A stretch of 64,000 bases of DNA, from assembly GCA_002633005.1 (NCBI GenBank), contig NMRA01000160.1, forward strand, positions 269,640-333,639, read 5' to 3'. This stretch comes from Phoronis australis. Taxonomy: Eukaryota > Animalia > Phoronida. Below, in pieces: positions 51,893 through 64,000 of the stretch. The position numbers and the translations under genes are program-made. Position 1 is the first letter of the stretch; each line of letters starts with the position of its first letter. The notes under the pieces are model-generated. The model saw nothing but the letters and a program-made list of their open reading frames with translations, had not been told where the DNA came from and did no database searches.

Positions 51893-53060
51893 TTGTGATG
51901 CAGTTTCGCAAATATACATTTTATTATGGTCATTCTTTGAATGAAGTTTTTAAAAAGATAAAGTCCCGAGCTTCCTGGCATAGTGCCTTTGGGGTTGTTT
52001 CAAAATCACTTGTTGAAACACGGCCGTTAGTCCAGTTTCTGGTGGCTGGGGAAAATGATACAGTGTGTCCCAAAAATGGCTGGATTTCAAATTGAGTTTC
52101 CGTGGATCATTGCGCGGGCCTACTGCATGGTTACATCTTACTTTTAACGTGGGTGCATATGTCATGATGTGCTTTATCTATGTAGTACGCACGGGGTGTG
52201 AATGGCAAGCAAACGATTCAGTTTTGAAGAACAAAATTTCATTACGTAATACTACTGGAAACTAAAAACATCAGGGAAGTGCAAAGACAACCTTTCCAAG
52301 TTAATAAGCAATGAGTTTGATTTATTTATCTAAGAATTTAAAATTCTTTTTCGACCTATTTTTTGTGAATTTGAACCTTTAACCTAGTTCATAAGTTGAT
52401 AAAAAATTTATTGTCATTTGAATCGTGAGAACATTTTGGGACACTTTGTAGAGCTGTCCGACATTCAGCAATATCCTTGAGACTTATTTCAAATAGACAA
52501 ACTAGTTTAATGTACTTTGCTATTTGGGGATCTGATGATAGATCGAATTTTACCAACGCCAGCCTGTAACCTGGTTGACTGAAGGATAGTCATTTCTTAT
52601 AAGATTAGTTTCTAATTGTCAAAAATGCACCTATCCGTCAGTCGATTTTCGTAGAAATCAATCGATTCCATGAGCAATGCGTTTACCTTGATTTAATGAC
52701 TCAATTCGTTTTTGATCTTTTGTTTGTGAGTTTAAACGGCAAATCTTGTCAAAAAGCATGCATTTATTGCCATTTGAATTGTAAGCATTGTTCGTGAGAA
52801 CTGTTCGAATTTCATGAATGCCTTTGAGAGGTATTTTAGAAAGACAAAAAACGTCCAAGTGTACTTTACTATTTAGGGATGGGATTATAGTTTTTTCAAC
52901 TTCAGGCTGCAACTAAATTCACTGAAACATCATCAATTCTTAAAAAAATAGCTTCTAATTGTCAACAATCATCTATGAATCTATCGATTTTCGTAGATAC
53001 ATAAACATGTAAATCAGAAAACCAACGAATTTGTTTATCAGAACGGAATGTAATAAGCAA
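51893..53060. repeat. Repeat family X copy (inverted relative to 1-1095) with an internal diverged duplication
   Basis: Reverse-complement match to the window start; 52490-52660 resembles 52840-53000. Confidence 0.7.
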
Positions 53061-56000
53061 TTGAGTATGGTCATGACATACCATCGGTTGCCCTAGCCTT
53101 GGCCCAAAGCTGTACACTAAATATACAGGTCTGCGCCAATTTGGGTAAAAATAAAAAATATGACTCAAAATTAGATTAGTGTCATTAAAACTACTCTCTT
53201 CCTTGAGTAAACCGACTTATTTACCGGTGCTGGAAAAGTTTGGGTTCTGTCGTTAATCGGCTGCTGCTAAATTTATGATTACACTCTTTCACAGTGCTAC
53301 GAAAGGTAGCACAGTGGAATGTTATTCAATATAGCTTCTCATTGGTTAAAGTAATGAAACCGACCTCAGAACATTCAGTCATTCCCATTGGTTGAAATCT
53401 GGGAAACCCCCTCTCAGTTTAGTGTGATACGTAGTATGGCGACCACCTTGGACTTGAATAGTTGCAATTTATTAAAACGGTTGTGACGTAAACAAAATCA
53501 GGGGAACTCCGATACAATGGCTTAAGCCCAAACAAGTACGGTTGCATGTGGTGACGATGTGATAGTACGGTTCCGACCTAGGCACGCGCATTGATGCCCA
53601 CACACGGAATTTCCTGTGTCGTTCATCGATCATGCTGTCACAAGGTCACTTTTCAGTATAGGTGGGGGTGTGTCGATCTAGGGTAAGATTGCGATGCGTT
53701 CTTTTGAGTCGGCTTTTGGCGATTACGTCACCTGACCTTGACCAGATTCTTTTCCCCCTGATTCTTTTACCAACTGTTCTTCGCTGCCGGCACAAGGTTG
53801 CGTACATGTCACAACAAATTAGCGGAACTTTTTTTCATTTTGTTACAAGTTTTTAGTATTTTAATAACAACAAACCGAATTTTAGAACAAACCTTGCTGC
53901 TGCAAAGCTGTCATCATCTCCCGAAAGACGTCGCAAATTTTAGGAAATGGCACGTGCCTCGTGTCACGAGGGTGTTGTTTTTGAAAACGGACGACACACT
54001 CTTCTTTGGTACAAAAGGCGGCAAATTATGCTAGAAAGTGACGTTTATTTGTTTATTTTCCACTTAAAGGGCTGCAATGAACAAGATGAGTGTCGGTTGA
54101 CTACCAAATTTTGTGTACAGCTCCGCGGATCCGTTATCTCTACATGTTGAAATAATTTTTACTACGAGGTGACGAACACATACCTCGGTAGTGAGCGGGC
54201 TGTGTGAAATTTTGGGGTCTAACACACAGTGAATACAATAGTCTTCATACAGCTATATTCGGTAACCAATCGACCGTTCAAGTTTACAGAACTGATTATT
54301 GGCTGGCAGCTGGCTGCCTGGCTAGAGTCCGCACTGCCCACAGTCACACCAGTGTAAATTGGTGATACAGATTGGTAGCACCGACAAATTTTCGTCTGAC
54401 GATGACTGGGTATCACTTTGTGTTGCCTCGAATCAAACAGGTATTCCTGGTGACCCAACATTTCACACTAAAATTTCTTATTCCGACAGTTTGAACAACG
54501 CCACTAGACTGCACGCTAAAATAGAACATTGGCATTACCCCACCAAATACGCCACGAGAATCGGCGCTCCAAGTGGGTGATTATTTGAATTTCGTTAGAG
54601 AATATTCATGTATGTTTATTCTTTGCTGTTGAATTATTGTGAAGTTAATCAACGAATCTTAGAAAACCATGCATAATTTATTCATAATAAAATAAATTTC
54701 CCCTTTAAAATGACTATGTAAACTAGTGTTGAAGAGCAAGATAGATTCTGAGTAGGCCATGTGGTTATTTCTGGAGTATTAATGTGATCTTTATTTAATT
54801 CAAGATTTCACGAGCGTTCAACTTATTTGTACAAGGAAATCCTGCGCATTCTGCTGAGACAGTAACCGCCTGATCAGGTCAACGAAGATGACTCAATTGG
54901 TTTATTCGCTCGCTAGACTATGGCTTAAGTTCCTCATAAGGACGAAATTCATGACTCACTATCGTTGGAAAAAAAATAGCGAATAATTTTCCTCAACGAA
55001 ATTACCAGATAATTTTCATCAAAAAGGAGTGAAGAACAATGGATATTTGAAGACAGAATTAAGAAGTACTTGACCCAGAGCTTCTTAAAAACGTTTTTCT
55101 CTAAATGTCTTGCACAAATGGATGAAGGTGTTCTTGTTAAAAATGTAAAATCTTGCATTAAAGTATCAACTATCACAATTGAAGTTGAAAATACAATGTC
55201 ATTCAGGACATTTTCTTTTAAAGTGCGCATTCAACCCACATTTCATGCCAAAATATCAATTATGTATTGGCGGCATATGCTCCTTTTTAAATTGACCAAT
55301 CGTAAGCTCCGCCCCCAAGTGAAAAGTCACGTGACACCCGACAAACAAACAAGATGTCCGACAGAGGCAAGTATACCGTAGCTAAACGACGATGAGTGTT
55401 TTTTGCACTATCCAAAAACACTTCGGCAAGGACAACAGGCGATATTTTTCAGCAAAGAATTCTACGTTCATGATGTGGGAATTTGCAAAGGTGACGATGA
55501 AAAAATAAGTATTAGAGGAAAAGTATTTCGGAGCCAGCGAAAATCCGAATAACCCCAAACGGGGTTCACCTTCACCTGACAAATAATAAGGCCACTGATG
55601 CGATATGTTCATGTAAAGCTGGGCATGTACTTTAAAGTGGGATTATCTGTACGATGCCATAGATTTCTGGATCTTTCGAAGAAATCAGTAAAGATTCACC
55701 GATATTTTATTCTGTCGTCTGCTAAAATCCGCCAAATGAAAAGTAGGTCACAACTGGTGGGACTCCCCGAGTAAAGTAGGTCGTGTCGATAGCACTGTTT
55801 AGGATTTTCTTATCTTTGAACAAAATAGTGCGATTAAAAAACTCAGGTATATAGCTCAAGTACACACTCATCTTATCCAAGGAAAGCAGTTAGCTCCGGT
55901 AGGTCTAGGGTTGTGTTGAAGTCAAATTAATGCACGTAATTACACCATTAAGACATTTAAGTTAGGCTTACCTTCCGACGAACTTCGCATTTTTTGTAGT

Positions 56001-56135
56001 TTCACTGCATAAAGGTAGCTTGCAGTTATTTTTAAACGTAGCATGATCATTTAACTGTGGTACGGGTATAAAATGAGAAGTCTGATGCAGTGGCAAAAAT
56101 GGCTATTTACAAAAATAACTCCAATTCTCTTTTAA

Positions 56136-59100
56136 AGACCTGGTCGCACGCGTTGTTAACCCTAATTACATGGTTAGATGATGTTATAAGGATCCAAGAA
56201 GTACCCACCCCATAACTAATACACAATCCGTACTCGAAAAAGTTTAAATGAACGCGCCACTCACGATTCGCAACCGAAGAACCACCGTCATTTTGAACTT
56301 GCCGCGAACCCGGAAGTACAATTCATTCAGTAACCCAGGACGAGAAAACGCCGTCAGCGCGACCGGAGCAGTGCCTGCAAACGGGAATAAAATAATCGAC
56401 AGCGCGCCTTAATTTTAATAAAATCAAAATACGGACAACTTTATCGAATTTGCTGAAGAAATGTGGCGAATAAATTTTGACGGAAATTATCTTGCCGGAC
56501 TCGGGACCGCAGCCTATCGTACCCGGTGCGGATCGAGACCAGACACTGGCGAACGGTAAATGCATGCTGTTGCAAGCTGTTTTGTCGAAGTAAAATGTTC
56601 AAATCATAAATGCCGCATATATTCAAAGGTAGTTTCAGACACTTGCATGAAATTAAGGGCTGGTTAGTCCTGTGTCACACTGTCGCGGCAGACCTTAGCT
56701 AGCCTCAGTGCCAGCTACCAGTGAAGCTTGTTAGTAGGCCTATACAGCTTTACGGAATTCGTGCTTCTCTGACTGAGGCAGACCTTTTTCCAGTTCTCCA
56801 AATAGGGGCCTTGTTCGAGCACATAAGAATGACAAGTCCAATACAAAATGTTAACATAATAAGTAACTTAAAATGCACAATACTTTACAACATTTAGCAT
56901 TACAAACACTATTCAACAGCAACAGTTTCCATGATATGAATGTGGACATACATGTAACTATTACTATGGTGACGGAATAGTGTTTCCTTACACCAGAATT
57001 TGACAAGCATGATTAAAAAAATATAAAGTTACAAGGAACAAGACTTAGAGGCTTGAAGCTTCACAATCCAACATAGCTTATTTCTCCAACTAAGATTCAT
57101 ATTGTTGACTTGATAACCTAAATTAAGAAGCAATAAGTTACAAAATATGACGTGAAAGCAATTGGGACTTAAAATTTAGAAAAATATGAATCATTTTGTG
57201 ACACCGAATCAATCCTTGAACAGCTGTTGACAGTCAAACAAAAAACCATTTCAAACTTATTTCAACTGTTTTTTTTAGCTTCGTGTAAGATCAACTGAAT
57301 GGGAAATTTACAGTTAAATAATTAGAATATATCTTATATTTTTGCACAAAAACACGAAAATTGAACAAAGTTCCTTTTTTGTAGCAATGTTTGTCAAAAT
57401 GTATCAACGTTAAATCTTCACAAATTTCGAAGTAGCCGATTGAACATGCCTTTCAGTTCAGCTAAAGTCGTCATGTCGGTGCCGCCAGAAATGAGACGAA
57501 GTCAGTGGCGGATCTACGTTTTCAGNNNNNNNNNNNNNNNNNNNNNNNNNNNNNNNNNNNNNNNNNNNNNNNNNNNNNNNNNNNNNNNNNNNNNNNNNNN
57601 NNNNNNNNNNNNNNNNNNNNNNNNNNNNNNNNNNNNNNNNNNNNNNNNNNNNNNNNNNNNNNNNNNNNNNNNNNNNNNNNNNNNNNNNNNNNNNNNNNNN
57701 NNNNNNNNNNNNNNNNNNNNNNNNNNNNNNNNNNNNNNNNNNNNNNNNNNNNNNNNNNNNNNNNNNNNNNNNNNNNNNNNNNNNNNNNNNNNNNNNNNNN
57801 NNNNNNNNNNNNNNATGAAGCAGATAGACTCAAGTGGAAATACAAACCAGAATCAGTTTCTGTGCGCTCGTAGACCCTCTGCTGTACTGGGTAAATTTGG
57901 CATGTCCAAAAATGATTTCTATTTCGTTTTCATTGTACACAAGCATAAAAAACCGACATTATTACAAACTGAGTATAATTATAACTTATTACCTGGGTGT
58001 TTCTCCAGGAATGTTGGTCCTATCTTTCTGTTGTCTAGACTGCCGAGGAATCTGTACATCGGGTCCAATGGTTTGATTCTCTTGGAACCATTCCACCCAA
58101 ACATCTTCCACGTTTGTTCCCAACGCTTGCACTTCGTCAACTGCTGTGTCAATGAACTTGTACGCCTCCACAATGTCAGCATCTCGTTTCACAACTCAGT
58201 TGGCACTAAGCCCCCTGAGGTTACCAAGTCCATTAAAAAAACTTACAGCTTGCGCAACTAAATTTGATCCGTTCATCATGGACTACTTCAAACCTTGACG
58301 ATGTGTCCCAGGACCCATTTACACCTCTTGCAATTTTCGAAATAAACGTCCCAATGTCTGAACGCTTGAAACCCGAAGTACTAGCATCAAATAAATGCCC
58401 ATGGTCATGGGCATTTCGTCGGCTAGGCCTTTCTGCGGAAATTCCTAGTATAGAAAACGGCAGTGGTGCTTATTGCAGGTAGAAAGACGGTAGGTGTTGA
58501 GGTCGGCACTAGGGCTCCTTAGGGGGCCCATTGATCATTGCACGAGTCTCGCAAGACTTTGTTGTGAAAACGCAGCCTCCCTGCAATTTTCTGGTACTGT
58601 ACACTGTTCGCGAATGCGGTCATTTCGTCAATGTGAGTGCCCCCTTGGTCATTCCTTGTATAGACATAACTTGTTAGAGTGCATCTTCAAACAGACTCGC
58701 GACCAGACCACGGCGCCCGCCACAAGCAATTCTTCGGAAAACGACTTTTTTCAAAAGTATTACATGTACATGTACACTGTATGATATTGCGCAAGACAAC
58801 TTTACTATACACCAGTCAAATTCGAGTTACAAACGTGTGGGGTGTAATAGGATGACACTGACGGCATGACAGATGAGGTAAAAACGTTGCACGTCAATTC
58901 GCCTGAATATCAGAGTTGCGGCTCCACAGTATTTCCCCTAATCAAACCAAAACATACCTTATACTAAAGAAGCTAGTTACCTAAAGAAATCAGCTACAGT
59001 GTATAGAGCTGCTCTTTCAGCGGTGGATCTATCCGTCTATAAGGCTTGGCTACTTCAGAAGTGTCGACGGAAGCGCGCGCACAATTGATCTCCGGGCTCT

Positions 59101-60151
59101 TGCCGATGAGCCACGAAGACTGGAAACGCGTTGATTTTCATAAAAACAATTCACAATGCAAAAAATATATTTTCAGATTGAACCCCCCCCCTCATTTTTT
59201 CCAAGTTTGTTTACTTGGGGTTTACACACGTTGGCTGTGCCGTTTTTGTTTTTCTGGAGCCGTTTTTTTAATTTTTGGGTCCTGGCCCGAGGGGGGGTTT
59301 AAACCCCCTGAACCCCCCCGTAGATCCGCCACTGGAAGTCGGCCAACGGGAATTGTGAGCACATTTATCATTTAATGAGTAACAACAAATTTGGTGAACA
59401 TTGTTGAATCGTGCAGAATAGTAAGTAAAGATAAGTCTAACTAAATTTCACCGTAATTTGTTGGCGAAAACAATTTACACAATGTTTTAAACTCGCAACT
59501 TATCCCGCTGTCCTCCAATATGGCCGACGCGATCCAACAAAGTGACCCAAATTTCGCCACAGAAACTGCAATAACTTTACACTGCTTGCCCCGACTTTGA
59601 TACTTTTTCGATTTTTACTGAGTAGAAGCCACTACCTTTCCGATGATAGCAAAGTACTTTTTCAAAACGAGAAAAAAAATCAAAACGAAAAAAATTGGTT
59701 CGACCCATATTGGTTCCTAGGTTCGACCGGCCTACGTAAGGAACTAAACACCAATGCTATTTTAAAATACTAAGTACGCGTAACATTCCAAAAAATTCAA
59801 CGACCACTGACTACAAACTATTAATACACTACATATGCTAACTAATCTCAAGATATTACTAATTAAACAAAATAATGAAGACTTTTGGAGCAAGCGATAG
59901 CACATTCAGTTACATGGAAAAAATGGCGGCGTTCAGGACAAGTTCCTGAACTGATGAGCCGGAAATGTGGGTACGGAAATAACCGATGACAGCCGGTAAT
60001 TATACGCTCACAGAGAAGGGTCAAATACTGTTAAAAATCGCTTTTGGCAAGAAAGGCGAAAAGAACATAAAGAAAGGGTGTCGAAAATAAGATTTGATGT
60101 AGTAAGTATTTTCGGATACTGGAACCACATAGGCATTTTGAGACCAGGTCT
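56136..60151. mobile_element. Second Kolobok-like element hosting a nested hAT copy
   Basis: TTAA|AGACCTGGTCGCA ... TGAGACCAGGTCT|TTAA (12 of 13 bases match in the TIR); no clear coding remnant seen. Confidence 0.55.
57503..59334 (-). mobile_element. hAT-like element copy 2, both ends present
   Basis: Perfect 16-bp TIR CAGTGGCGGATCTACG / CGTAGATCCGCCACTG; flanked by GAAGT on both sides; transposase remnant 58192-57989; gap 57526-57813. Confidence 0.75.
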
Positions 60152-61629
60152 TTAAAGCTTCATAGACCTGTTGCATGAAACTGTCCCAAACAGAGACTCA
60201 ACTTAGTTCCCTAAGGCTAGTGCGTGTTTGTGTACTTGTGAAAACACCGATTGTCCTTTCTTATGCTGTTTTAATTTCATGTCTAAGTCAAGTTTTGGTT
60301 TTTATACATATCGAGATTGAACTCGACTTTGAATTCTCAATATTATCGAAAATGTGTAGGGATCTTTTTATGCAACGCTCCTAAATTTGGGACTAAGTCC
60401 TTATTTATTTTCATTTTCAGGGCTCAGTTTTTAGTTATATTACTAGCAAAATGTCAACAGTCAAACAGGAGCTCATAATAAAGATAAAATGCCACAGGGC
60501 ACATAAATCTAAATATCATTTTGAACAACTTCAAATAGAACCCTCTCTAACTCAACAAGCAAAGTGTTTACCAGAGGTTCCCTTCAAAAAGTAATTGAAC
60601 TGTTTTATTTTTTCGTGACAAGCGCTCTAACAAGGCTTTGAGTTCAGTAATCCAGTGCCCATCCCTGTGCCGATCGAATTTTGGAGAGAAGTTCAGTTGA
60701 ACGCCAGCCTACGGGCATATGAATTACAAAAATGTACCTCTGCTACGAAACAAAACGATGTCTACAAGTCCAAATAACAGAAAAAACAATAAAAATATAA
60801 AAAACAACAGTTTCCAGAATCTATATCGCTAGACCAATAGTACTGGGATCCAGAAGGTGCCCAAAGGCGGCCAGATGAGTGAAACTCCAGAGTCATTATC
60901 AGATAGGACTGCACTGTAGCCACCAAACTGAAAAGTGTGCATCTTTGAACAAGTATATTTGTGTTTCACCTTCGAGTAATCAAGCAAACTTGCCAAGTTC
61001 AGCCGCTCCTGTGGCCGTTCGCACAGTTGGATACAAAATTTAAACCTTTCGACGTCACTTTTCGAGTATGAAGATGCCCAAAATGACGGGATATTATTCT
61101 GGAGCTGCATAACGGCTTTCGGAATTACACACGCCATGCCAACACCGTTTCAATCTCTTGAGCTATAGACTAAAATAAATTTTTCACGACAACGTGACGA
61201 CTTGGAAACGCAGACAAAGGTGTGTCAAGAATGCTGCGTTCTGATTGGTCAGTTAAGTCATCGGTCAATCAGGAGGTACTTTTTGGGCTTCAGAAAAGCG
61301 GGCTTTACAAGTTACATGTTATCACAAGGAACCATGAGCTCACTATGGCCACTTTTTCTCATCTCAGAAATGTCAGACAGCGCCCCTTTAAGTTTGTCAT
61401 CCTAAAAATATCGGATAGTACCTCTTTAATACACCATGGTGACAGCGCGTGCGACACCAAGAAGTCAGTAACACATTGTATCCAAAGACAGTAACGGAGA
61501 CTGCTTGGTCGCGCGTGAGGTCATTCAAACAACTTCGTTTTAGAATTACGCTGTGGGCTGAATGGTTCATCTAGTTTCGAGTAGTATAAGAATCAATAAA
61601 TCTATTACTGGACTTACGGTACGTGGAGA

Positions 61630-61670
61630 TGGCTACGTTGCGTCCTCCTCTCGAGGACTTCATCAGGCCA
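61630..61670 (-). ncRNA. Minimal type I hammerhead motif, inverted copy
   Basis: Exact reverse complement of 62045-62085. Confidence 0.7.
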
Positions 61671-62044
61671 CTGAGTTGTCACGTGACTTGTCATGTGATC
61701 TGTCGTACAGTTTCCGCGGGATTCTCTTCAGCGCCCTATCCCATGTCCTAGGTAATTGAAACCGCAGCCCTCCTGACTACTGAGGCTAGGATTCTCAGCA
61801 GTTTTTTAGTCACATGGTTTCCACAGACCACTCTTTCGCCATGGAAGATGTGAAGATCCTGGATAGAGAAGAAAATTGTTTTCGGAGAGGGGTCAAAGAA
61901 GCTATCCACGAGAGAATTGAGAATCCTAGCCTCAGTAGTCAGGGGGGCTGTGGTTTCACTTACCCAGGACATGGGATAGGGCGCTGAAGAGAATCCCGCG
62001 GAAACTGTACGACAGATCACATGACAAGTCACGTGACAACTCAG

Positions 62045-62085
62045 TGGCCTGATGAAGTCCTCGAGAGGAGGACGCAACGTAGCCA
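62045..62085 (+). ncRNA. Minimal type I hammerhead ribozyme motif (variant core)
   Basis: TGGC-CTGATGA-A-GTCCTC-GAGAG-GAGGAC-GCA-ACGT-A-GCCA: stem I TGGC/GCCA, 6-bp stem II, palindromic ACGT in place of stem III, GUA cleavage triplet; GAA is replaced by GCA. Confidence 0.7.
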
Positions 62086-62548
62086 TCTCCACGTACCGTA
62101 AGTCCAGTAATAGATTTATTGATTCTTATACTATGACCCAACTGGATGACTAAAAACATTCATCCTAGTTTCGAGTAGTTTTTAGCGTACAATATTATTA
62201 AAGACGACTCCGTTGTTCGTGCAAGGATATTAACTTGGGATACTTAAGATAAAAAGGGATCAGCACCTACTTGTACGTTTATGGCGTGGACGCCTTTTCT
62301 GCAGACAAATGTTTGCTCATGCTGTTGTGGTGCCCGAATCGCTATCATTATTATTAACGACCCATCTACGCATCCCCCACCCGGGGAAAACCATTGACTT
62401 GATGGAATTGCAATTGGTAAAGATCGATGTTGTCGGCCGAATTTGGAAGCGACAAGTCGGGTGAATTGTTGATTCCATTAGTTACTTTCGTGATCATTCA
62501 CGGTAGACTTAGCCACCCCTTAGCTATTGCCTACGGCTACGACAGTTT

Positions 62549-62704
62549 CAGGGGCGGATCCAGGATTTGAGTTTGGGGGGGTAGGGCAGAGTATTATCCA
62601 GGATTTTCCCCGTAAGACATTCGTACCCTCGAAGTGCCAAATGGAATATGGGAGAATTTGGGAGGGGTCATGTCCCCCTTGCCCCCACCTTAAATCCGCC
62701 AATG
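62549..62704 (+). mobile_element. hAT-like MITE, same family as 2010-2167
   Basis: caggggcggatccagga...aaatccgccaatg; flanks AGTTT/CGTTT. Confidence 0.7.
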
Positions 62705-62974
62705 CGTTTGAAAACTGCCAATGTCGCAGAACCGCAGCGCAACTGATGCTCGTTGCACTATTGTGAGTGGATATACTCTGCGTGTTTCTCGTTCAAGATC
62801 GTCTGCTAAAAAGCAGTATAAAGTGTCGACTGCATCCTGCATCCTTATCCATTCGGTAGCGCTCAACATACGAGTCGTAAATCGTAATGAAGTCGCTTTC
62901 GATAAACTCTGCTTTGGTTTTTTATTTATTCGCTGAGGAATGTGGAAGACGGCCATTTTGACAAACTTGAGATC

Positions 62975-63149
62975 GAATTAAGACAAGGTGAGAGTTGACT
63001 TAAAGTTAAGCCAAAAACTTAAGTCAATCTTAGCTAAGATTGTTTCTTGGAACGCAAAATAATCTTAAGATTTGTCTTAAGTCAAAAATTTAAGACAAAT
63101 CTTAAACTTAAGTAAAAAATGAACTTAGGTCAGTTTTTGGAACGGGTTC
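62975..63149. repeat. AT-rich palindromic CTTAAG array, probably the end of a MITE
   Basis: Nested inverted repeats, for example taagatttgtcttaa...ttaagacaaatctta. Confidence 0.45.
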
Positions 63150-64000
63150 CTGCCCTTCATATTCGCTCAGAAAATGAGCTTTTGTTCCCAAAGCTTGTTG
63201 TGCGGTCTGCGGACACTGCGAAAACTTTGTCCTCTACATTTCACCTGACCACACACCAGCCGACGTACTTGCCGGAAATAAACCGTGCTATATCTACCAG
63301 GTGTCGCTAGTGGATAATGACGCTATGGCTTCTGCGTAAGATCACAAATTTCGTCCATTGAAAATATACTAAGTTGGCGGTCCATGGACTATAGTCTTTG
63401 CTCCTACCAAATGCCATTTTTACGCAAAGATTCATTTTTTGGGAAATCTACCATTAGAAACATGAGTAAAATATTAGAAATACCACAATTCAATAGTTCA
63501 TTTTTAAATAAAACGACTAACTGCTACAACAAAAATGTAGTAGAAGAATGAACCAGTCGAGATTATTTAACAGTAGCTGAGAAATGACGTTTTATTTAGT
63601 TATTCCCAAAGGTGTCTAATAAACTGTGACAGTGTCACAAACTCTCAAACACTAGAAACTGTGACCAGCATATCTCTCGGTGCAAGCAATGAAAAAATGG
63701 TTAGTCGCGGATTTGGACAAATGAAGGAAGGACTGCTCAAAATATGTTTAACCACAGGAGTATTTCTTCTTGTTGGAAGGAATGAAAAAGATAGACAGCA
63801 TCCTAATGCGCCCCTCTATGCCTAAAAGGTACTTATAGTAACGTGACCTCGATGGTTTAATCAGTCTGAGACTTAACTCGCTGAAAAGCTTCTAGCATGT
63901 GAAAGCCCTATGGGAGTGCCACCGTCTCTACTGCTAAGTACAAGCGGTGGTACTGTCTAAACTACAAAGGAGGAAGTTGTATGTGGAAGGTACCATGGGA

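Larger units (their letters stand above)
61585..62164 (+). mobile_element. Truncated Penelope-like retroelement with an inverted terminal arm
   Basis: HSFAMEDVKILDREENCFRRGVKEAIHERIENPSL is the C-terminus of the GIY-YIG region of Penelope/Poseidon elements; 216-bp inverted arms 61582-61797 and 61918-62133; direct repeat CTAGTTTCGAGTAG at 61571-61584 and 62165-62178. Confidence 0.85.

Noticed and set aside
8099-58261. Long ORFs containing X runs (around 8.1, 39.0 and 57.5 kb)
   Set aside because: Artefacts of translating across N gaps.

Overview
Repeat-rich eukaryotic (most likely invertebrate animal) draft scaffold with four long N-gaps; no prokaryotic features, rRNA, intact tRNA or CRISPR array seen. 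Two host loci are recognisable. (1) A 4-exon proline racemase-family gene (1478-6569, +), similar in sequence to animal trans-3-hydroxy-L-proline dehydratase (L3HYPDH) but with a Cys/Cys catalytic pair; it has three frameshifts and non-canonical intron-3 ends, so it is probably a pseudogene. (2) An intact, intronless ~924-aa type I membrane protein with signal peptide, LRRs, LRRCT, Ig-like domain and TM helix (50797-48023, -). The remainder is largely a nested transposon landscape: an Academ element with ~800-bp TIRs inserted in a BEL/Pao gag remnant, Kolobok/THAP elements with TTAA target sites, hAT-like elements with apparent 5-bp TSDs (two inverted copies bracket the LRR gene), a MULE-like MITE, a Helitron-like element, Tx1 and other LINE fragments, and a Penelope-like insertion with inverted arms carrying minimal hammerhead ribozyme motifs. 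I found no strongly supported new biological system; the best leads are the Cys/Cys racemase-like paralogue, the transposon-bracketed LRR-Ig receptor and the variant hammerheads. All family assignments come from motif recognition by eye, not database searches.
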